Assembly: GCA_035371485.1 (NCBI GenBank)
Contig: DAOOWV010000002.1
Span: 1 to 54,798, forward strand
Direction of reading: 5' to 3'
Source of the DNA: Candidatus Dojkabacteria bacterium
GTDB taxonomy: Bacteria; Patescibacteriota; Dojkabacteria; JAFGLO01
DNA: 54,798 bases
Shown here: one piece after another, positions 18,230 to 28,283 of the stretch
How positions within the stretch are numbered: the stretch's first letter is position 1
Layout: every line of letters begins with the position of its first letter
Position numbers and translations under genes: made by a program
Notes under the pieces: generated by a model
What the model saw: only the letters and a program-made list of their open reading frames with translations
What the model was told of the DNA's origin: nothing
Databases searched by the model: none

Positions 18230-18623
18230 CGCTATCAATGCAAACGATTTTACATGGCTAGGATTTACCCCAGCTCAAATAATTGATAACATATACGAGA
18301 CTTTATCAAATCAAGGCTATCGTGTTCATGTACTCGATCTTACTAGATTCATAATGTGCACTCCGGAGGGGAATTATAATGGACATGATTATGATGGGAT
18401 TTCAAGAGAAATCCTTAGAATACAATCAATTTTTAGGAAAGGTGACATATTAATACTCAGAGAGGATAGAAAAGCACTTGCCTATCGTACCTATACATCT
18501 CAACAAGATGGTACAATTAAAGATGAGCTTATTGAGGTTAATTTTGCAAACAGAAGGCTTCTAAACAATTTAAGATCCGAAGCAACTTATAACGGCCTTT
18601 TAATTAATATAAATGGATCCTAA
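18219..18623 (+). CDS. Hypothetical protein (134 aa)
   Basis: Arranged for translational coupling with the previous ORF. No motif recognised. Confidence 0.55.
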   Translation: MAYNAINANDFTWLGFTPAQIIDNIYETLSNQGYRVHVLDLTRFIMCTPEGNYNGHDYDGISREILRIQSIFRKGDILILREDRKALAYRTYTSQQDGTIKDELIEVNFANRRLLNNLRSEATYNGLLININGS

Positions 18624-18769
18624 ACGAACTCACACAGACAATAAAGTAGGAGTATATTTAAAAATAATCAATAAAATTATTCAATTATTAATAGATACAA
18701 AGCCCATATTACTTGAAATATAAATAATATAATAATACAATACACGCGATACAATACACCAAATTACAA

Positions 18770-19339
18770 ATGAAAACCTACAAAATACAGTCGATTCCCC
18801 GCAATGCCCGTAAAGTCTTTACTGGAAAATTATGTGAAATATACCAATGGGAACAAAATATGTTTGATGGAAAAACCAAAATCTTTGAAAAGATAAAGTA
18901 CAATGACGCAGTCAATATAATTGCCATTACTAAAAACAAAAATATATTAGTAACCAAGGAAATTCAACCTCAAAGTAAAAGCTTCTACAGTGTCCCTGGA
19001 GGAACAATCGATAATAACGAAACACCACTTGATGGTGCTAAAAGAGAACTTCTAGAAGAAACCGGATACGAAGCCAAGAAGTGGCTAAAATTTCATCAAT
19101 CCCAACCCATGACAAGACTTGAATGGAACGTTTATACATATATTGCAATCGACTGTGAAAAAAAGAAAAATCAAATACAATCCAACGGTTCAAAAATAAT
19201 TGTGTCAGAAAAAAGTTTATTAGAATTTTTAAACATAATAATGGATGATACATATAGAGACAGAGAAATAACGTTGAAACTTCTTAAAATTAGAGATAAT
19301 CCTAAAGCCTGGAAGAAATTTGAAAAACTGTTTTCATAA
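18770..19339 (+). CDS. Nudix hydrolase
   Basis: Nudix box GGTIDNNETPLDGAKRELLEETGY. Confidence 0.85.
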   Translation: MKTYKIQSIPRNARKVFTGKLCEIYQWEQNMFDGKTKIFEKIKYNDAVNIIAITKNKNILVTKEIQPQSKSFYSVPGGTIDNNETPLDGAKRELLEETGYEAKKWLKFHQSQPMTRLEWNVYTYIAIDCEKKKNQIQSNGSKIIVSEKSLLEFLNIIMDDTYRDREITLKLLKIRDNPKAWKKFEKLFS

Positions 19340-19427
19340 ACATGATGACATTAATTTAGTGTTGTAAATATCCAAGTATTTTGATATAGTCATTATCAAG
19401 ATCAATTCATAATTTAGAGTAAACGAA

Positions 19428-20747
19428 ATGGAATATATCACTATCGTTCTGCTGTTTGCAATTTTAATAATATCTATTTTTGCACTAGTAAAGAAACCAG
19501 CACATAACACAAGCTTAGAACAAATAATTCAACAACTCATCCGTGACATATCTAGAATTGAAACGGTTTTAAAAGACGAAATGGCACGTGGTCGAGAGGA
19601 AAGTTCAAAACTTAACAGTTCAATGCGAACTGAAATTGCACAATACTTAAAAAACATTGGCGACTCACTTGAAAAAAGAATTTCACTATTCTCACAACAA
19701 CAAACCGATAACTTTGAACAATTTTCGCAGAACCTACAACTTCTTACAGAAAAAAATGAAAAGAAAATGTCTGAAGTTAGAGAAACAATTGAAAAAAGAC
19801 TTGAACTTATACAAAAAGACAATACTGAACAACTTGAACGCATGCGTAATACTGTTGATGAAAAACTTACAGACACACTCGATAAGAGATTAGGCGAAAA
19901 GTTCAAACTGGTTAACGATAGGCTTGAACAAGTCTACAAAGGTCTTGGGGAAATGCAAACTTTAGCCACTGGGGTAGGTGACCTTAAAAAGGTACTTACA
20001 AATGTCAAAACTAGAGGTACTTGGGGTGAAATTCAACTCGGTAACCTACTTGACCAAATGTTAACCAAAGAACAGTATGAACAAAACATTACCACCAAAC
20101 GAGATAGCAAAGAAAGAGTTGAATATGCAATAAAAATTCCTAGCAAAAATGATGATAATGCATCTATATGGTTACCTATCGACGCTAAGTTTCCTATGGA
20201 CATTTACAATAAATTAGCCTCTGCACAAGAAGAAGCAAATGTTGATCTTGTCGTTTTATATGGAAAAGAGCTTGAAAATTTTATTAAACAACAAGCTAAA
20301 ACAATTAATGAAAAATATATAGATCCTCCCTATACTACTGATTTTGCGATTCTTTACTTACCAATTGAGGGGCTATATGCAGAAGTAACTCAAAGACCTG
20401 GACTTTGTGAGTTTTTACAAACTCAATATAGAGTAACAGTAACAGGTCCAAACACAATTGCAGCATTTTTAAATAGTCTTCAGATGGGATTTAGAACCCT
20501 AGCTATTGAAAAAAGATCAAGTGAAGTCTGGGAAACACTAGGTGTTATTAAAAATGAATTTGGAAAATTCGGCATGATACTTGAGAAAGCTAAAAAGAAA
20601 ATACAAGAAGCTGGAAATGTTATTGATGAGGCTGGAAGTAAAACAAGAAGTATTGAATCTAAACTCAAAAAAGTAGAGACCCTACCCATAACAAATACTG
20701 AAACCGCGAATAAGCTTTTTGTTGAAACAGACCAAACTAGCATTTAA
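19428..20747 (+). CDS. rmuC: DNA recombination protein RmuC
   Basis: N-terminal TM helix, a long coiled coil, then RGTWGEIQLGNLLDQML and the C-terminal RmuC nuclease-like region. Confidence 0.85.
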   Translation: MEYITIVLLFAILIISIFALVKKPAHNTSLEQIIQQLIRDISRIETVLKDEMARGREESSKLNSSMRTEIAQYLKNIGDSLEKRISLFSQQQTDNFEQFSQNLQLLTEKNEKKMSEVRETIEKRLELIQKDNTEQLERMRNTVDEKLTDTLDKRLGEKFKLVNDRLEQVYKGLGEMQTLATGVGDLKKVLTNVKTRGTWGEIQLGNLLDQMLTKEQYEQNITTKRDSKERVEYAIKIPSKNDDNASIWLPIDAKFPMDIYNKLASAQEEANVDLVVLYGKELENFIKQQAKTINEKYIDPPYTTDFAILYLPIEGLYAEVTQRPGLCEFLQTQYRVTVTGPNTIAAFLNSLQMGFRTLAIEKRSSEVWETLGVIKNEFGKFGMILEKAKKKIQEAGNVIDEAGSKTRSIESKLKKVETLPITNTETANKLFVETDQTSI

Positions 20748-20748
20748 A

Positions 20749-22086
20749 ATGGAAAAAACCTATTACGTCAAAATTTACGGTTGTCAAATGAATTATGCTG
20801 ATGCAGAAAGAATTGACTATATCATGCAAGACGCCGGATATAAAAAACTAACTAAACATGATAATGCCGATATTATCATCGTTGTTTCCTGTTCTGTAAG
20901 AGCCAAAGCTGAACAAAAGGTTCATTCATGGATAAATCAACTTCCAAGTGAAAAAACCATAGTACTTACAGGATGTATGGTTAGGCGCGACTTTAAAGAT
21001 TCAGAATGTCAAAACACCAACAAAAATTTGAAATATATTAAAAGAATTTGTCCAAATATTAAGCATTATATTCCAATTAAATCGATAAATAACATTGTTA
21101 AAATAATTGAAAACTCAATAGGGGAGCAAAAAAAGGGGAGTGCATCAACTTCTAAGAATTACCTCACTACCCCACAAATCTTCTCAGATAAATCGATAAC
21201 CGCTTACATACCAATTATGACTGGCTGTGCTCAATTTTGCACCTACTGTATCGTCCCTTTTGCTCGTGGTGAAGAAATATCTAGAAAGACAGATGAAATA
21301 TTAAACGATGTAAAATTAGCTTTAAAAGAGGGAAAAACTCACATTGTTTTACTCGGACAAATTGTAAATAAATGGATAGATCCTGTTTCCAAATTGACAT
21401 TTGTTGAGCTTCTTAAAAAAATCTGTTTAATTGACAATGATTTTTGGCTTACCTTTTTAAGCCCACATCCTAATTATGTTACAAAAGAGCTACTTGATTT
21501 CATCATTTCCGAGCCCAAAATGTTAAAATACCTAGGCTTACCCTTACAACATGGTGACAACCATATTCTTAAACAAATGAACAGAGGTTATTCTGTTGAA
21601 AAATATACTGAACAGATCGAATATTTAAGGTCAACTTATAACTCAAATAATTTGTCAAAAAATGTTCCACTATATTTAACTACTGATATTGTAATAGGTT
21701 TTGGAGATGAATCAGAAGAATCATTTCAAACAACCTATGCTCTTCTAAAACAACTTCGCTTCAATCAAGTTTTTGTAGCTTACTATTCCGAACGTCCTTA
21801 TACCCAGGCCAGTATATCAATTCCCGATAAAATACCAATAAACACAAAGATTGAAAGAAAAAATAAAATAAGAAAATTAACTGAAAAGATTTATTTCGAA
21901 GAAAACGAGAAGTTAATTGGAAAAGTACTTCCCTGTAGAGCGCATGACATTCACAGAGGAATAACTTATTCAAATCAATATATTGAACTCGATCCAATTC
22001 ACTCTAACTTGGTCGGAAAACTAATAAACGTAAAAATTACATACGGTGGAAGGTATGGAATTAAGGGTAAACTGGTTTCCGTTTGA
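20749..22086 (+). CDS. miaB: tRNA methylthiotransferase, MiaB family (radical SAM)
   Basis: YVKIYGCQMNYADAERI (UPF0004 domain), CAQFCTYCIVPFARG (CxxxCxxC) and a C-terminal TRAM-like end. Start taken at ATG 20749, right after the rmuC stop. Confidence 0.85.
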   Translation: MEKTYYVKIYGCQMNYADAERIDYIMQDAGYKKLTKHDNADIIIVVSCSVRAKAEQKVHSWINQLPSEKTIVLTGCMVRRDFKDSECQNTNKNLKYIKRICPNIKHYIPIKSINNIVKIIENSIGEQKKGSASTSKNYLTTPQIFSDKSITAYIPIMTGCAQFCTYCIVPFARGEEISRKTDEILNDVKLALKEGKTHIVLLGQIVNKWIDPVSKLTFVELLKKICLIDNDFWLTFLSPHPNYVTKELLDFIISEPKMLKYLGLPLQHGDNHILKQMNRGYSVEKYTEQIEYLRSTYNSNNLSKNVPLYLTTDIVIGFGDESEESFQTTYALLKQLRFNQVFVAYYSERPYTQASISIPDKIPINTKIERKNKIRKLTEKIYFEENEKLIGKVLPCRAHDIHRGITYSNQYIELDPIHSNLVGKLINVKITYGGRYGIKGKLVSV

Positions 22087-22513
22087 TTTTGACCCCTTAG
22101 AGCGAGTTTCTGTTATAAATTCTAACTTTTTTGATCAATATTTCACTTATATAAGATAAATTTCTTCAAACACTTAATTCCATCTACTCCTACATCTCCA
22201 AGACTATACAAAATATTGAAGTTGATAGCTTTACATTAGACCTAAATCATTAGGGTTTAATAAGAAATAAAAATAGTAAATATTTAAAAAAATAGTTTTT
22301 TTCAATTGAAATATTATTGTTTGGTACATACCACATTCTCTGTAAGAGAACAAAATAGGGGATTATAAAAAAATTAGTGAAAAGTACAATAATGAACTAA
22401 GTTACTATTTGTTAGTCTAATATAGAAAAAATGTAGTAATAATTAAGCGATTAAAATTAATTTAAATCCAATTTATTACTTGTAAATTGTTAATCGTTAA
22501 TTAAGTCAAAATG

Positions 22514-22536
22514 TTCTCTCCCACCGCACTCCACCA
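22514..22536 (+). other. Isolated tRNA-Ala/tmRNA-like 3' end fragment with encoded CCA
   Basis: TTCTCTC-CCACC-GCACTCC-ACCA has the layout T loop / T stem 3' strand / acceptor 3' strand / ACCA. The U70 and A73 alanine identity context is present. No matching GGTGG T-stem strand or 5' acceptor strand is nearby. Confidence 0.3.
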
Positions 22537-22902
22537 CAGTTTCCGAGTATAAGGATGATTATACTCAGTTTATCGCGGTCCCTATTTTACTATAAAATAA
22601 CTTAAAAAAGGGTAACTACAAAAATCCAACATTAAATAGAAAAAACTCAAATATATTTTTTTATTATCTGAATTAAATGCACTGTTTTTAACAAAATAGC
22701 ACTCTCTTAACATACACTGCGATTCTACGACTTATCCACAAAACACAGGGAGAACTACCCTATAGTATTTCAGGCCCTTCTTGTTCACAAGAGAACCATT
22801 TTACATAAATTATTATAGGACACGTTTTACACATCACGATATTATAAGACGTGACGTGTAGTAAGTCCCATAATAATCCCCTTCTCTGCCTCTGGTGATG
22901 GA

Positions 22903-23913
22903 TTAAATAAATGAAATGCCACGCAAAACAAGATAAAAAACGATTATAATTCCAATCAAATATTCAATAAATGTGTATATTTTAAATCTTTTTCGCCAGT
23001 TATTCATCAAGATCCCAAGCATCACTAACAAGACCACCGTTGGGACTAAAGACAGCAATCTATAACTGACAGGAAACATGTAAAAAGGTAGTACTGCTAA
23101 ATAACTACTCCACCCTACACCAACGGAAAAGATTGCAATTTCTCTTCTGGAAAAACCAAATGTCGCAACAACGGGATAAACCAAAGCAACATAAATAAAA
23201 AAAAGTATTGGCGAAAACAATATACTAAGGTTAAATGAAAGATATACAAAAGTAATAAAATATGCACTTACCACAGCTACCATATAACCAGTTGTTTGAG
23301 CTACTTGCAACAAAGGAACCTCTTTAACTCTGGAAACAAGAAGGATATTCGCTGTAAGCATAACTATATAAATATATACAAACATAAAAATCAATATAAA
23401 AACAAAAGAAACTGTTTCATAAAAATGCCCCAAATATCTAAGATAAAACAACTCAAAGAACAAAATTAATGAACCAACTGAACTTGAAACAAAAATAATT
23501 ACATGTCGACTTGATATCGTTAATAGATATGACCCAAAGACAAAAAATAATAAAGAAGTTGTACAAATTTGAAAACCTATAACAAAATATATCATATTAG
23601 TTATAGACAATATCTCTGTATTTGTATAACGTATAACAATCGATCTTACAATTGCAAAAAGCAACACTATTATTAGTGAAGCCCAAATCATCTTTCTTCT
23701 CTTTTGAATACTTTCTTGAACAATTGAGTTTACACTATCACCTGCCCTATCAAAAACCTTGACTAGTCGAAATTTTCTCGTAAAAATACGCTTAAATTTT
23801 TTCAGAAAAAAATTAATAGGATAAATATTATCGTCAGCAACAATTGATTCAGTATTAGTAAAGATATTTTCCTGAATTAGCTCTTTTTTATAGTTTTTTC
23901 TGTTGTTATTCAT
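22903..23913 (-). CDS. Polytopic membrane protein, unknown function
   Basis: 336-aa ORF with about 8-9 hydrophobic helices after a basic N-terminal region. It is the last gene of the ruv-containing minus-strand string. Confidence 0.65.
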   Translation of the reverse strand: MNNNRKNYKKELIQENIFTNTESIVADDNIYPINFFLKKFKRIFTRKFRLVKVFDRAGDSVNSIVQESIQKRRKMIWASLIIVLLFAIVRSIVIRYTNTEILSITNMIYFVIGFQICTTSLLFFVFGSYLLTISSRHVIIFVSSSVGSLILFFELFYLRYLGHFYETVSFVFILIFMFVYIYIVMLTANILLVSRVKEVPLLQVAQTTGYMVAVVSAYFITFVYLSFNLSILFSPILFFIYVALVYPVVATFGFSRREIAIFSVGVGWSSYLAVLPFYMFPVSYRLLSLVPTVVLLVMLGILMNNWRKRFKIYTFIEYLIGIIIVFYLVLRGISFI

Positions 23914-23922
23914 GAAAGGACG

Positions 23923-24954
23923 TTAATTAAAATTGAGACCTTCATTATGCCTATGTTGTGCATTAAGTCCAAGGTGCTTGTACCCCAAATCTGTTACAAC
24001 CCTCCCTCTATGTGTACGCTGAATCAATCCAGCCTTAATTAGAAATGGCTCAACAACATCAGATAATGTTGATTTATCCTCAGCTACTGCAGATGCCAAT
24101 GTTGATAAACCTACTGGACCTCCATCAAAAGAATTAATCATAATTTGAAGAATTTTTCTATCGAGATCATCTAATCCAAACTCATCTATTCCCAATGTAT
24201 CTAAAGCCTTGAGAGCAACTTGTTTCGTTATTACTTTACTGGCAACATCATCCATCATATCTCTAACTCTTCTCAAAAGTCTCACTGCAACCCTTCCTGT
24301 ACCCCTAGAACGCTTTGCAATCTCAACAGCAGCTTGTTCATCAATATTAACACCAAGAACCCCAGAAGCACGCAAAATTATGCTTACTAAATCATCGATA
24401 TTAAAAAAGTCTAAATGTAATAAAATGCCAAATCTATCTCTCAATGGTGGAGATAGTAAACTAAGTCGAGTAGTAGCACCAATTAAAGTGAATGGCGGAA
24501 GTGATAATCTCATTGATTTTGCCCCTACTCCCTTTCCAACAACGATATCGAGAGCAAAATCTTCCATTGCTGGATACAATATTTCCTCAACATTTTTATT
24601 GAGTCTATGTATCTCATCAATAAAAAGAATATCTCCTTCTTTCAAATTTGAAACAATTGCGGCTAAGTCACCTTGTCTTTCAATTGCTGGTCCTGATGTA
24701 ATTTTAACGGTAACACCAAGTTCTTTCGCAACAACAAAAGCAAAAGTAGTTTTTCCTAATCCAGGTGGACCATAAAACAAAATATGATCTAATGGCTCAT
24801 TTCTCTTTTTAGCTCCATTAATAGCCATTTTTATAATCTTTTTCTCACGCTTTCGACCAATTAAGGAATCCAATGAGTCAGGTCGTATCTTGATATCACC
24901 ATCAGAATCCATTCTTGAAACGTTAACATTTTTAACATCAGCATTTTTAGACAT
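23923..24954 (-). CDS. ruvB: Holliday junction branch migration ATPase RuvB
   Basis: Walker A GPPGLGKTT, ILFIDEIHRL, and a RuvB winged-helix C-terminus (FLIKAGLIQRTHRGRV). Confidence 0.95.
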   Translation of the reverse strand: MSKNADVKNVNVSRMDSDGDIKIRPDSLDSLIGRKREKKIIKMAINGAKKRNEPLDHILFYGPPGLGKTTFAFVVAKELGVTVKITSGPAIERQGDLAAIVSNLKEGDILFIDEIHRLNKNVEEILYPAMEDFALDIVVGKGVGAKSMRLSLPPFTLIGATTRLSLLSPPLRDRFGILLHLDFFNIDDLVSIILRASGVLGVNIDEQAAVEIAKRSRGTGRVAVRLLRRVRDMMDDVASKVITKQVALKALDTLGIDEFGLDDLDRKILQIMINSFDGGPVGLSTLASAVAEDKSTLSDVVEPFLIKAGLIQRTHRGRVVTDLGYKHLGLNAQHRHNEGLNFN

Positions 24955-25528
24955 TTGACAAGCAAACTTTAATTAAATCCTCAACAGAATCATTTAATAA
25001 TTTTTGAACCTCTATGTTTTTTATCATTTTATTGACTTCAAACTCCCCAAAGCCCAAACTTTTCATCGCATTTTTTAGCTCATTTATCTTTTCATTATCT
25101 GCACCACTTGAATCTATTGTTACTAATTTCCCAGCTAATTCAACAATTATTCTTTGTGCTCCTTTCTTCCCTACTCCTTTTACCGCACATAGTCTCGACA
25201 CATCACCGGCCTCAGTTATAGTAACAAACTCTTCAAAAGGATAGCTGTTCATTATATCAAGTGCTGTTGTTGGTCCAACTCCAGATACTGTCAATAATTT
25301 CTCAAAATACATAACATCATTCAAATCAATAAATCCAAATAATTCCTCTTTATTTTCACGAATATGATGATAAAGATTTAATTCGACTTCAGAATTTATT
25401 GGCGAACTGTCCAAATCTCTAAAAAGCATAAAAACGGCATATCCCACCCCAGAATTAGTTGCCACAACAGAGAAATTTCTTCCCTTTCTTATTATATTTC
25501 CTTTTATCCAAGCATACACTTTTTTCAA
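24947..25528 (-). CDS. ruvA: Holliday junction DNA-binding protein RuvA
   Basis: HhH motifs VSGVGPTTALDIM and VKGVGKKGAQRII. TTG start. It overlaps ruvB by 8 nt. Confidence 0.9.
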   Translation of the reverse strand: MKKVYAWIKGNIIRKGRNFSVVATNSGVGYAVFMLFRDLDSSPINSEVELNLYHHIRENKEELFGFIDLNDVMYFEKLLTVSGVGPTTALDIMNSYPFEEFVTITEAGDVSRLCAVKGVGKKGAQRIIVELAGKLVTIDSSGADNEKINELKNAMKSLGFGEFEVNKMIKNIEVQKLLNDSVEDLIKVCLSNV

Positions 25529-25589
25529 TTAACAATTAATAACTAATAATTAACAAATGATTATTAGTCCGTTCACTTTTAACTCATTA
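25527..25589. repeat. Heptamer array AATTAAC/AACTAAT type, then CTTTTAA type
   Basis: aattaac aattaat aactaat aattaac aaatgat tattagt ccgttca cttttaa ctcatta, between ruvC and ruvA. Confidence 0.7.
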
Positions 25590-25590
25590 A

Positions 25591-26070
25591 CTAGTCCCTA
25601 TTGTACCCTCTAGCAGTAATATAAGCAATTGCCAGCGCATCTGCATGATCATCAGGTTGAGGAATAAAATCTAGGTTAAGAACAAGTTTTACAACTGCTT
25701 GTATTTGTTCTTTACTGGAGTTTCCATACCCCGTAACCATCATCTTCATTTCATTTGGGGTATATTCAATAATCGGGATATCATATTTACCTCCTATCAT
25801 CAGGACAACTCCCCTTGCTTCTCCTGTAATAATTGCATTCTTTACATTTTTGGCGAAAAATACCTTTTCTAAACCGATAAGTTTTATTTTATACTTTAAA
25901 ATTATCTTTTCTAATTCAGTAAAAATCTCCCAATATCTTATAGAATTTTCAACTCCTGATTTTGTTGTTATACATCCTCCATCAACCCATACTACATTAT
26001 TATCCTTATCCAGTTTAACGACTCCCCATCCCATTCTTGAAATACCTGGATCAATTCCTAAAATATACAC
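25591..26070 (-). CDS. ruvC: Crossover junction endodeoxyribonuclease RuvC
   Basis: ILGIDPGISRMGWGVV N-terminus and DDHADALAIA C-terminal acidic motif. Confidence 0.9.
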   Translation of the reverse strand: MYILGIDPGISRMGWGVVKLDKDNNVVWVDGGCITTKSGVENSIRYWEIFTELEKIILKYKIKLIGLEKVFFAKNVKNAIITGEARGVVLMIGGKYDIPIIEYTPNEMKMMVTGYGNSSKEQIQAVVKLVLNLDFIPQPDDHADALAIAYITARGYNRD

Positions 26071-26107
26071 CTTTTTATAATTAATAGTTAATAGTTTAGC
26101 TCAAAAA

Positions 26108-26836
26108 TTATTCTCTGTCCTCCAAAATGGCATTGTGCCAAACATTCAAGACATCATCTAAATCCTCGATTTCATCAATCAATTTAATGAAAGAATCTTT
26201 ATCATTTACTTCAACGCCTTCTTTAGATTTATAAACTAAGCCTGCCGAAACCACTTCTATTCCTAACTTTTCTATTTCCTCTCGAACCTTTTGTACCTTA
26301 TCAGGCTGGGACGTTATAGTTAATCCCTCATCAAATTCTTCAATATCAACTACACCAATAATGTCCAAAAGTTTCTCAAATTTTTCATCAGTTGTATTTA
26401 TATTGATAATTTTTATCTCACCCACTCTATTAAACTGCCAAAGCACAGAACCACTTGAAGATAATTCCGCTCCATTTTTCCTCAAAGCCATTCTTAATTC
26501 AGCAACAGTTCTATTTTTATTATCTGTCAAACATTCAATTAGTAAAGCTACCCCACCAGAAAAATAGCCTTCATATAGTATTCTTTCGAGTGTACCATCT
26601 TTTCCACTTCCTAAACCTTTTGCAATTGCATTTTCAATACTTGATAATGGCATTTTAGCAAATTTAGCTCTATCGACAACAGATCTTAATTGATAATTGA
26701 AATTTACATCTCCACCCCCACCTTCTTTTACAGCAAGGGAAATTTCTTTAGATAATTTGGAAAAACTTTTTCCCTTCTGTGCATCATTTGCTTCTTTTTT
26801 ATGTTTTATTTTTGACCACTTCGAATGTCCTGACAT
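26108..26836 (-). CDS. yebC: YebC/PmpR family transcriptional regulator
   Basis: MSGHSKWSKIKHKK is the canonical YebC N-terminus. The track ORF starts two codons earlier, at 26842. Confidence 0.9.
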   Translation of the reverse strand: MSGHSKWSKIKHKKEANDAQKGKSFSKLSKEISLAVKEGGGGDVNFNYQLRSVVDRAKFAKMPLSSIENAIAKGLGSGKDGTLERILYEGYFSGGVALLIECLTDNKNRTVAELRMALRKNGAELSSSGSVLWQFNRVGEIKIININTTDEKFEKLLDIIGVVDIEEFDEGLTITSQPDKVQKVREEIEKLGIEVVSAGLVYKSKEGVEVNDKDSFIKLIDEIEDLDDVLNVWHNAILEDRE

Positions 26837-26857
26837 TTTCAAAACAATTAATTAATT

Positions 26858-27940
26858 CTATAACTGTTTTTCACACAGTACTATCACAATATCTCCCGTT
26901 GCAACAAATTCAGGACGATTATATATCATTTTTATGTTATTTCCAAATCTTTTATCTATTATTTCTACAACCTCGGTTAAGCTTTCTTTATATTTTTCTT
27001 GGTCTACAACATAGATCATGTTTCCCGAACAACTTTCTAAAACCATCAAAGGTGCGTTTTCAGCCCTAACAACAACAAGCCCTAAATTCTTAAACCATCG
27101 AGATAACCTCATACCCTCACCAGTAATATTTGAGGCATTATATATCTCAATCTGAGCCTGTTCCAACAATAAATTTTCATAAATTTCAAGCGATCGTAAT
27201 AAGTCGTTCCATTGTTCAGTTTCCACGTATTCATAAACACGCCCTGCTTCAATATCCTCTCCATCACCCATTGGACTTATTTTCTTTTCTATGACATTAT
27301 ATTCATTTAACTTATTTCGCAATGAAACAACTTGTGATGGTGAGGCTGTTGAATAAATTTGACCAGTAACTTTTTTGATTTCGGATCCATTAACTAATAC
27401 ATTTTTCCAATTCAAATCAAATACTGCATCATTAAGAGTATTAATTTCTAACTTATCGCGAGAATATACTATTGGGGGTATAATTATTACTTGATCAATT
27501 CTATATGACATTATTTCTTCAACATACCATTTTATTGATTCAAGATAATTATTTGATTCATTAATAGTTGAAGATCTTATCAAAATATCACTAACCCTTA
27601 TAACGTTTCTTTTATTATATTTCGTATTATCCTCAAGTAAAAGATCTTTATCTAAATTAATTTCATATACCCTTTTAAAACTATCAGACACTAGAACTAT
27701 TCTTAATTTTTCTATTAAGGCTACTTCCAACTCGGGATTATTTACTTCTACAAATAACCAAGCTTGTTCTTTTGTACTTATGTTTTCACACAAATATTTC
27801 TGTGAAAACTCGAATTTAAAAGTCTTAAACTTAATATAATTATATAAAATAACAAAAAATAAACTCAAGGTAGCGATGAGTAATATATACTTCACTATTT
27901 TTATTAATGAGGGTCTTTTCATAGTGTTCAATCGTACCAT
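26858..27940 (-). CDS. Membrane-anchored protein with LytR_C-like C-terminal domain
   Basis: N-terminal TM helix. The C-terminal IEIYNASNITGEGMRLSRWFKNLGLVVVRAENAP resembles the LytR cell-envelope C-terminal domain. Confidence 0.5.
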   Translation of the reverse strand: MVRLNTMKRPSLIKIVKYILLIATLSLFFVILYNYIKFKTFKFEFSQKYLCENISTKEQAWLFVEVNNPELEVALIEKLRIVLVSDSFKRVYEINLDKDLLLEDNTKYNKRNVIRVSDILIRSSTINESNNYLESIKWYVEEIMSYRIDQVIIIPPIVYSRDKLEINTLNDAVFDLNWKNVLVNGSEIKKVTGQIYSTASPSQVVSLRNKLNEYNVIEKKISPMGDGEDIEAGRVYEYVETEQWNDLLRSLEIYENLLLEQAQIEIYNASNITGEGMRLSRWFKNLGLVVVRAENAPLMVLESCSGNMIYVVDQEKYKESLTEVVEIIDKRFGNNIKMIYNRPEFVATGDIVIVLCEKQL

Positions 27941-28283
27941 CCAAGATAAGTTTTTGCAATTCTCAACCTAATTTCTTATTAATTATATCACATACCAACA
28001 TCATTTGTTTCAACACAATCTTAATTTTCAAAGAAAACACGCCACTTCACATTTTACATTAATTTTACTAAAAGAATCACCACACAACACAATGTTCACA
28101 AACGTAACACACAAACCTTTTTGTAATCTATTGCCTTTTATCAAACATTTTCATCCAAATTCTTTTTGCGTTGATTAGAAAAACACTTCCCACCCGGAAC
28201 GTAACTTAATCGTAACATAAAACCAGACTCTGTTTTCGTTCGGCCACAAAAATACGAAAAAGAAAGCAACAATACTATATCGT

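Noticed and set aside
22087-22902. A complete tmRNA, RNase P RNA or SRP RNA gene in the large spacer.
   Set aside because: I could not find the tmRNA 5' acceptor strand, the T-stem partner, a tag ORF ending in Ala-Ala-stop, the RNase P GAGGAAAGUCC box, or the SRP GGAA/AGCA motifs. Only the 23-nt 3' end fragment is supportable.
24209-24775. 188-aa plus-strand ORF inside ruvB. Similar antisense or shadow ORFs occur elsewhere, for example 41716-42123 in ssb, 16124-16427 in the zinc-ribbon gene, 19529-19906 in rmuC, 48917-49318, 7540-7869 and 36598-36885.
   Set aside because: Each lies fully within a gene on the opposite strand that has strong family motifs. Their translations are low-complexity with no motifs. 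They are typical shadow ORFs.
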